IMG/VR virus record: IMGVR_UViG_3300044620_000978
Coordinates: 1 to 27,145 of that record
DNA length: 27,145 nt
Direction: 5' to 3' (one strand)
Origin: a virus
Taxonomy: Duplodnaviria > Caudoviricetes
Every line of letters begins with the position of its first letter. Positions within the stretch are counted from its first letter, which is position 1. Made by a program: the position numbers and the translations under genes. The notes beneath the pieces were generated by a model. That model worked only from the letters and a program-made list of their open reading frames with translations, was not told the origin of the DNA and did no database searches. Shown here piece after piece: positions 23,945 through 27,145 of the stretch.

Positions 23945-24022
23945 ATGACATTTACATACATTGTTGCAATTATCGGATTACCTATCTACACCCTTTATCA
24001 GTTATGGAATTACAAACCATAA
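23945..24022 (+). CDS. Small membrane peptide (25 aa, MTFTYIVAIIGLPIYTLYQLWNYKP)
   Basis: Starts at the predicted +1. Confidence 0.6.
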   Translation: MTFTYIVAIIGLPIYTLYQLWNYKP

Positions 24023-24030
24023 CCGCCGAC

Positions 24031-24059
24031 TTGACCTTGATACACCCCTAGTGTAATAT
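24031..24059 (+). promoter_or_regulatory. Box promoter TTGACC-t-TGATACACCC-N6-TAATAT
   Basis: Leader CCTACTAAAC...AAGGA. Confidence 0.8.
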
Positions 24060-24093
24060 CTACTACATACCTACTAAACCAAAAGGAACAGCG

Positions 24094-24567
24094 ATGAAAG
24101 TTTTACTCCGCAACCACATTTACACACAAGCCCACAAAAAGAAATTGTCCGTCCCCGCTATTGAGGAAATTGCTCATCAGCGTTCGCAAGTGTTCTACAT
24201 TCGTGAGAACAAACTCGGCAAGTGCGACTCATGCGGAACAGCAAAGGAAGGCTGGAACGGCATCGGAACCATTGACGGAGTGCGCTACGCAATAGAGATG
24301 GTTGTCTGTCCTACTTGCGGAGATGCACGAACTGTCTACATGATGAACAATGCAGGTTGCACACCTATCCGTCAAGACCAATGGAATGACGGTCAGCGTC
24401 GTTTCACACGGCAGTGTGGCGACTGTGGCAAGTCGTTCACCATCACTGCACAGACTTGGGAGAAGTTGTCTGAACAGACAATGCACAAGTGCAAGAACGG
24501 CAAGCGAGTAGACCTCATTGCTGACGAACACCGAGACATGAAGGGCAAGTATTTCCCGAAAGGGTGA
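24094..24567 (+). CDS. Multi-zinc-ribbon hypothetical protein
   Basis: CDSC, CPTC, CGDC, HKC. Confidence 0.8.
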   Translation: MKVLLRNHIYTQAHKKKLSVPAIEEIAHQRSQVFYIRENKLGKCDSCGTAKEGWNGIGTIDGVRYAIEMVVCPTCGDARTVYMMNNAGCTPIRQDQWNDGQRRFTRQCGDCGKSFTITAQTWEKLSEQTMHKCKNGKRVDLIADEHRDMKGKYFPKG

Positions 24568-24586
24568 TACACCCCCATGTCATACT
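24565..24586 (+). promoter_or_regulatory. Box promoter TGATACACCC-N6-CATACT
   Basis: The TGA of the box is the upstream stop codon. Confidence 0.75.
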
Positions 24587-24615
24587 GATTACATCGCCTA
24601 CTAGAAAGAAATAAA

Positions 24616-24789
24616 ATGAGAAACACTCCCGACAGAATGGACATAGCGAACGCACTCAGCAAAGTCCGCAATGAAAGCAACCACTCCGAGTGGGTTACGG
24701 CTTGCGTGGCTATGGCTAACTTGCTCACACATGATGACGCAACGAAGCAAGCGTTCCTAACTATTTGTGGACTTGACACACCCCTCTGA
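24616..24789 (+). CDS. Small hypothetical protein (57 aa, MRNTPDRMDIA...)
   Basis: CCTACTAGAAAG leader. Confidence 0.7.
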   Translation: MRNTPDRMDIANALSKVRNESNHSEWVTACVAMANLLTHDDATKQAFLTICGLDTPL

Positions 24790-24795
24790 TAAACT
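24774..24795 (+). promoter_or_regulatory. Box promoter TGACACACCC-N6-TAAACT
   Basis: Embedded in the last codons of the upstream ORF. Confidence 0.75.
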
Positions 24796-24828
24796 TATCT
24801 ACATCACCTACTAGAAAGAGAAACTGAC

Positions 24829-24993
24829 ATGGCTAAGAAGCGTCACAACATAAAGGCAGGGCACAAGCAACGCCCACTCACACCTGAGCAATTGCGTGAA
24901 GCAATGGAAGCGAAGTTGCGAGCGCAAACAATTCCTGACCGTCGCAAGGTCAAGGACAAGAGAGAGTGTCGTGACTTCCGTTGGCAAGGCTGA
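24829..24993 (+). CDS. Small basic protein (54 aa, MAKKRHNIKAG...)
   Basis: CCTACTAGAAAGAG leader. Confidence 0.7.
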   Translation: MAKKRHNIKAGHKQRPLTPEQLREAMEAKLRAQTIPDRRKVKDKRECRDFRWQG

Positions 24994-25026
24994 CGGGAGA
25001 CACTTCCATATCCACGAAAGGACAGC

Positions 25027-25245
25027 ATGAGGCTGACATACAACTACACAAAAGATGATTACGCACTTCACCCTGAGGAACACACCGACAAAGTTGTTTC
25101 CGTTGTGAAAGAGATAAACGACTACACAGAGACATACGACATTACGCACTGGACATTTGATGATGTCCTTGCGTTTGAGGCACTTGCGAGTGCAGACCGT
25201 GTTGGGCTGATGGAAGGCTTGACGCAAGTTGGGAGCGCACAATGA
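25027..25245 (+). CDS. Hypothetical protein
   Basis: GAAAGGA SD. Confidence 0.7.
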   Translation: MRLTYNYTKDDYALHPEEHTDKVVSVVKEINDYTETYDITHWTFDDVLAFEALASADRVGLMEGLTQVGSAQ

Positions 25246-25517
25246 GCAAGGGAGACCGCATTAGGCTTGTCCACACCTCAGACCCGCACACAAGACTTGT
25301 AGCGGGCGACATGGGGACTGTGAGGCTCATTGACGGCATGGGCACTGTCCATGTCAAATGGGATAAAGGCTCATCGCTTGGGCTTGTACCAGATGAGGAC
25401 AGTTGGGAAATCATTGACCAATGGGACATTGACAACGGCTGTACGCATGACTGGAACTTTATTGACGGCAATGAGAGCGTGATGAAGTGCGCTGAGTGCG
25501 GGAACTATCAGTACTAA
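25242..25517 (+). CDS. DUF4314-like protein with C-terminal Zn ribbon
   Basis: GDRIRLVH.SDP...GDMGTV..IDGMGTVHVKWDKGSSLGLVP.ED. Confidence 0.85.
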   Translation: MSKGDRIRLVHTSDPHTRLVAGDMGTVRLIDGMGTVHVKWDKGSSLGLVPDEDSWEIIDQWDIDNGCTHDWNFIDGNESVMKCAECGNYQY

Positions 25518-25520
25518 CCC

Positions 25521-25542
25521 TGATACACCCGCCTGCCATAAT
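25521..25542 (+). promoter_or_regulatory. Box promoter TGATACACCC-N6-CATAAT
   Basis: Leader CCTACTAGACAAAGGA at 25553. Confidence 0.8.
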
Positions 25543-25572
25543 AGATACATCACCTACTAGACAAAGGAAACC

Positions 25573-25821
25573 ATGAAGGGCTTAGATAACTTTCTCACGA
25601 AGGCATCGTATGATTACGATTACTTCACCCCCGTCACACGGGAGTCATTCTCTGAGTCGGTTGAGGGTATGAACATTCCTATCCTCATTGACGAAGTGCA
25701 ATGCGCTAACTGTGAGGCTGGAATTGGTTGGTCATCAGACGGAACTTTCACCGACTTTTGGACAAACCAAACTGAAACTCAATACATTTGCGACGACTGT
25801 TGCGAAGACGACTGGAAATAA
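25573..25821 (+). CDS. Small zinc-finger protein (CANC...CDDC)
   Basis: Promoter, leader and terminator. Confidence 0.75.
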   Translation: MKGLDNFLTKASYDYDYFTPVTRESFSESVEGMNIPILIDEVQCANCEAGIGWSSDGTFTDFWTNQTETQYICDDCCEDDWK

Positions 25822-25824
25822 CGG

Positions 25825-25857
25825 AAGGACTCCAACTCGCAAGGGTTGGAGTTTCTT
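25825..25857 (+). terminator. Intrinsic terminator
   Basis: GACTCCAACTC-GCAA-GGGTTGGAGTT-TCTT. Confidence 0.7.
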
Positions 25858-25981
25858 AGTAGTCCCGCCGCAGCCCAGATGCTAAGCAGACACAGAAGCC
25901 CCGCCGCCCATTTGTACGGGAATTGGGGCGGGACGCACGAGCGCACGCACGCAGAGGTGCATGAGGGTTGCACGAAACAAC

Positions 25982-26001
25982 TGACGGTGGCGGATAGCGG
26001 G
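25982..26001 (+). repeat. 20-bp dispersed repeat, copy 3
   Basis: TGACGGTGGCGGATAGCGGG. Confidence 0.85.
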
Positions 26002-26058
26002 GAAAATAGTTGCGAGCGCAATCAGTTGGTGAGTTTATTTCATTCACCAAATCAACTC

Positions 26059-26196
26059 TGATACACCCTTCTGGCATAATGTTGGAACACGGCGCAGTTC
26101 AGATAAACTAAACCGTGATACACCCCTCTGATAGAGTGGTAGTTATCAAGGCGAGGGACACCAACCCGAAACCCTGATACACCCACCTAGTAAGAT
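26059..26196 (+). promoter_or_regulatory. Three tandem box promoters (boxes 26059, 26116, 26175; -10 CATAAT, TAGAGT, TAAGAT)
   Basis: Exact TGATACACCC x3, each 6 nt from a -10. Confidence 0.8.
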
Positions 26197-26225
26197 GAGT
26201 GTTACCTACTAAGCAAAGGAAAAAA

Positions 26226-26378
26226 ATGAACACAGTAATCGGCATCTACATCTCGGACGAAGTAAGCGAAATCGCTGGCGGAATTGTCATCTATGTAGTC
26301 CACCAAGACGGTGAGCGTGTACGCAATGTCATCGCTCCAGAAATGGTGAACGCATACAAGGTTCCAGTCCTCAACTAA
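26226..26378 (+). CDS. Small hypothetical protein (50 aa, MNTVIGIYISDEV...)
   Basis: CCTACTAAGCAAAGGA leader. Confidence 0.75.
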   Translation: MNTVIGIYISDEVSEIAGGIVIYVVHQDGERVRNVIAPEMVNAYKVPVLN

Positions 26379-26381
26379 CCC

Positions 26382-26492
26382 TGACACACCCCCTTGATAA
26401 AATGGGGGCAGTTGATAGGGAGTACCCGTAGAAGCACGAAGGAAGAACCAAGAGTGTGACGGGGAAACCTTGATACACCCCACCGATACACT
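26382..26492 (+). promoter_or_regulatory. Two tandem box promoters (26382, -10 TAAAAT; 26471, -10 TACACT)
   Basis: Box-N6-(-10) architecture. Confidence 0.8.
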
Positions 26493-26524
26493 GGTGGCAT
26501 ACCTACTAAGCAAAGGAAAAAACA

Positions 26525-26923
26525 ATGAATACAAAGACAGCAACCAAGGCATACCTTGAGGCTCGCAAGGCTCTGGAGATTGCAGAAGCAATCAAGAAGC
26601 AAGCAGAAGCAGAGATGAAGAAAGCACTCGCTCAGGACGGCGTAGACTTCGCAATCGTGGACGGCGTGAAAGTCACAGTCGTACAGGGTGAGCGTCCTAA
26701 CTACAACGCTGAGACGCTCCGTGCGCTCGTTGATGAGGCAACCTTTGAGGCAGTCACCAAGACTGCTGTGGACGGCTCAAAGATGAAGTCGGCAGTCAAT
26801 GTCGGGATGGTCACCGCAGAGGTCGCAGAAGCGGTCACAACGGTCACCTACTACGACCAAGTGCGAGTCACAGAAGTCGCTAAGGCAGTCGCTGAGACAA
26901 CCGAAGCGGTCAAGGTCGCTTAG
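26525..26923 (+). CDS. Hypothetical protein
   Basis: 132 aa; CCTACTAAGCAAAGGA leader. Confidence 0.85.
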   Translation: MNTKTATKAYLEARKALEIAEAIKKQAEAEMKKALAQDGVDFAIVDGVKVTVVQGERPNYNAETLRALVDEATFEAVTKTAVDGSKMKSAVNVGMVTAEVAEAVTTVTYYDQVRVTEVAKAVAETTEAVKVA

Positions 26924-26961
26924 TGGGTCGGGGGGTAACTCCCCCCACTCGCCCACCAATG

Positions 26962-26990
26962 TTGGAAATGTATGACATACCCGTTATACT
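26962..26990 (+). promoter_or_regulatory. Promoter TTGGAA-N17-TATACT with shifted box TGACATACCC
   Basis: Box only 2 nt from the -10; leader CCTACTAGAAAG at 26998. Confidence 0.65.
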
Positions 26991-27018
26991 GAAATTACCT
27001 ACTAGAAAGAAGAACGCA

Positions 27019-27145
27019 ATGGGCTTAGACAATATGCCAAATAACTACCCCTGCAAGACGCAGGGAACGGCTGTAATGGTTCAGCGAACGAACCACGAAG
27101 GCACACTCCTCACAGAAGAGGACGGCTCACCAATGATGAGCATTG
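27019..27145 (+). CDS. Hypothetical protein, partial (MGLDNMP...)
   Basis: Open to the window end; conserved leader. Confidence 0.7.
   Translation, partial: MGLDNMPNNYPCKTQGTAVMVQRTNHEGTLLTEEDGSPMMSI

Noticed and set aside
25511-25520. TACTAAC spliceosomal branch-point-like motif
   Set aside because: Prokaryotic phage context; it is a stop codon adjoining the promoter box
26059-26492. CRISPR-like array from regularly spaced TGATACACCC
   Set aside because: The repeat is only about 10 nt, spacing is irregular overall, each copy is tied to a -10 hexamer, and no cas genes are present
1-27145. Integrase, transposase, intein or group I intron
   Set aside because: No recognisable motifs; core genes appear uninterrupted

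Overview
A 27 kb segment of a double-stranded DNA phage genome, very probably infecting an actinobacterium (inferred from WhiB, an Rpf-type transglycosylase, Gram-positive-type LexA boxes and many leaderless genes). It holds the replication/recombination and early accessory region: primase-helicase, ThyX, WhiB, RuvC-like resolvase, HNH, ParB, SSB, DUF932, MazG, a PnuC-like protein, a metallophosphoesterase, a SNF2 helicase with HARP-like repeats, tRNA-Lys(UUU) and dozens of small ORFs. I recognise no capsid, tail or integrase genes. The most striking content is regulatory. (1) About 25 promoters share a YGAYACACCC box at a fixed 6 nt upstream of the -10 hexamer, which suggests a WhiA/WhiB-type activator regulon, and the phage encodes its own WhiB. 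(2) About 16 genes share a CCTACTAR-SD leader. (3) There are five perfect CGAAC-N4-GTTCG LexA boxes. (4) Two structured non-coding RNAs start exactly at predicted transcription starts; one is LexA-boxed and exposes an anti-Shine-Dalgarno loop complementary to the initiation region of the neighbouring gene. All product calls come from reading motifs by eye, not from database searches.
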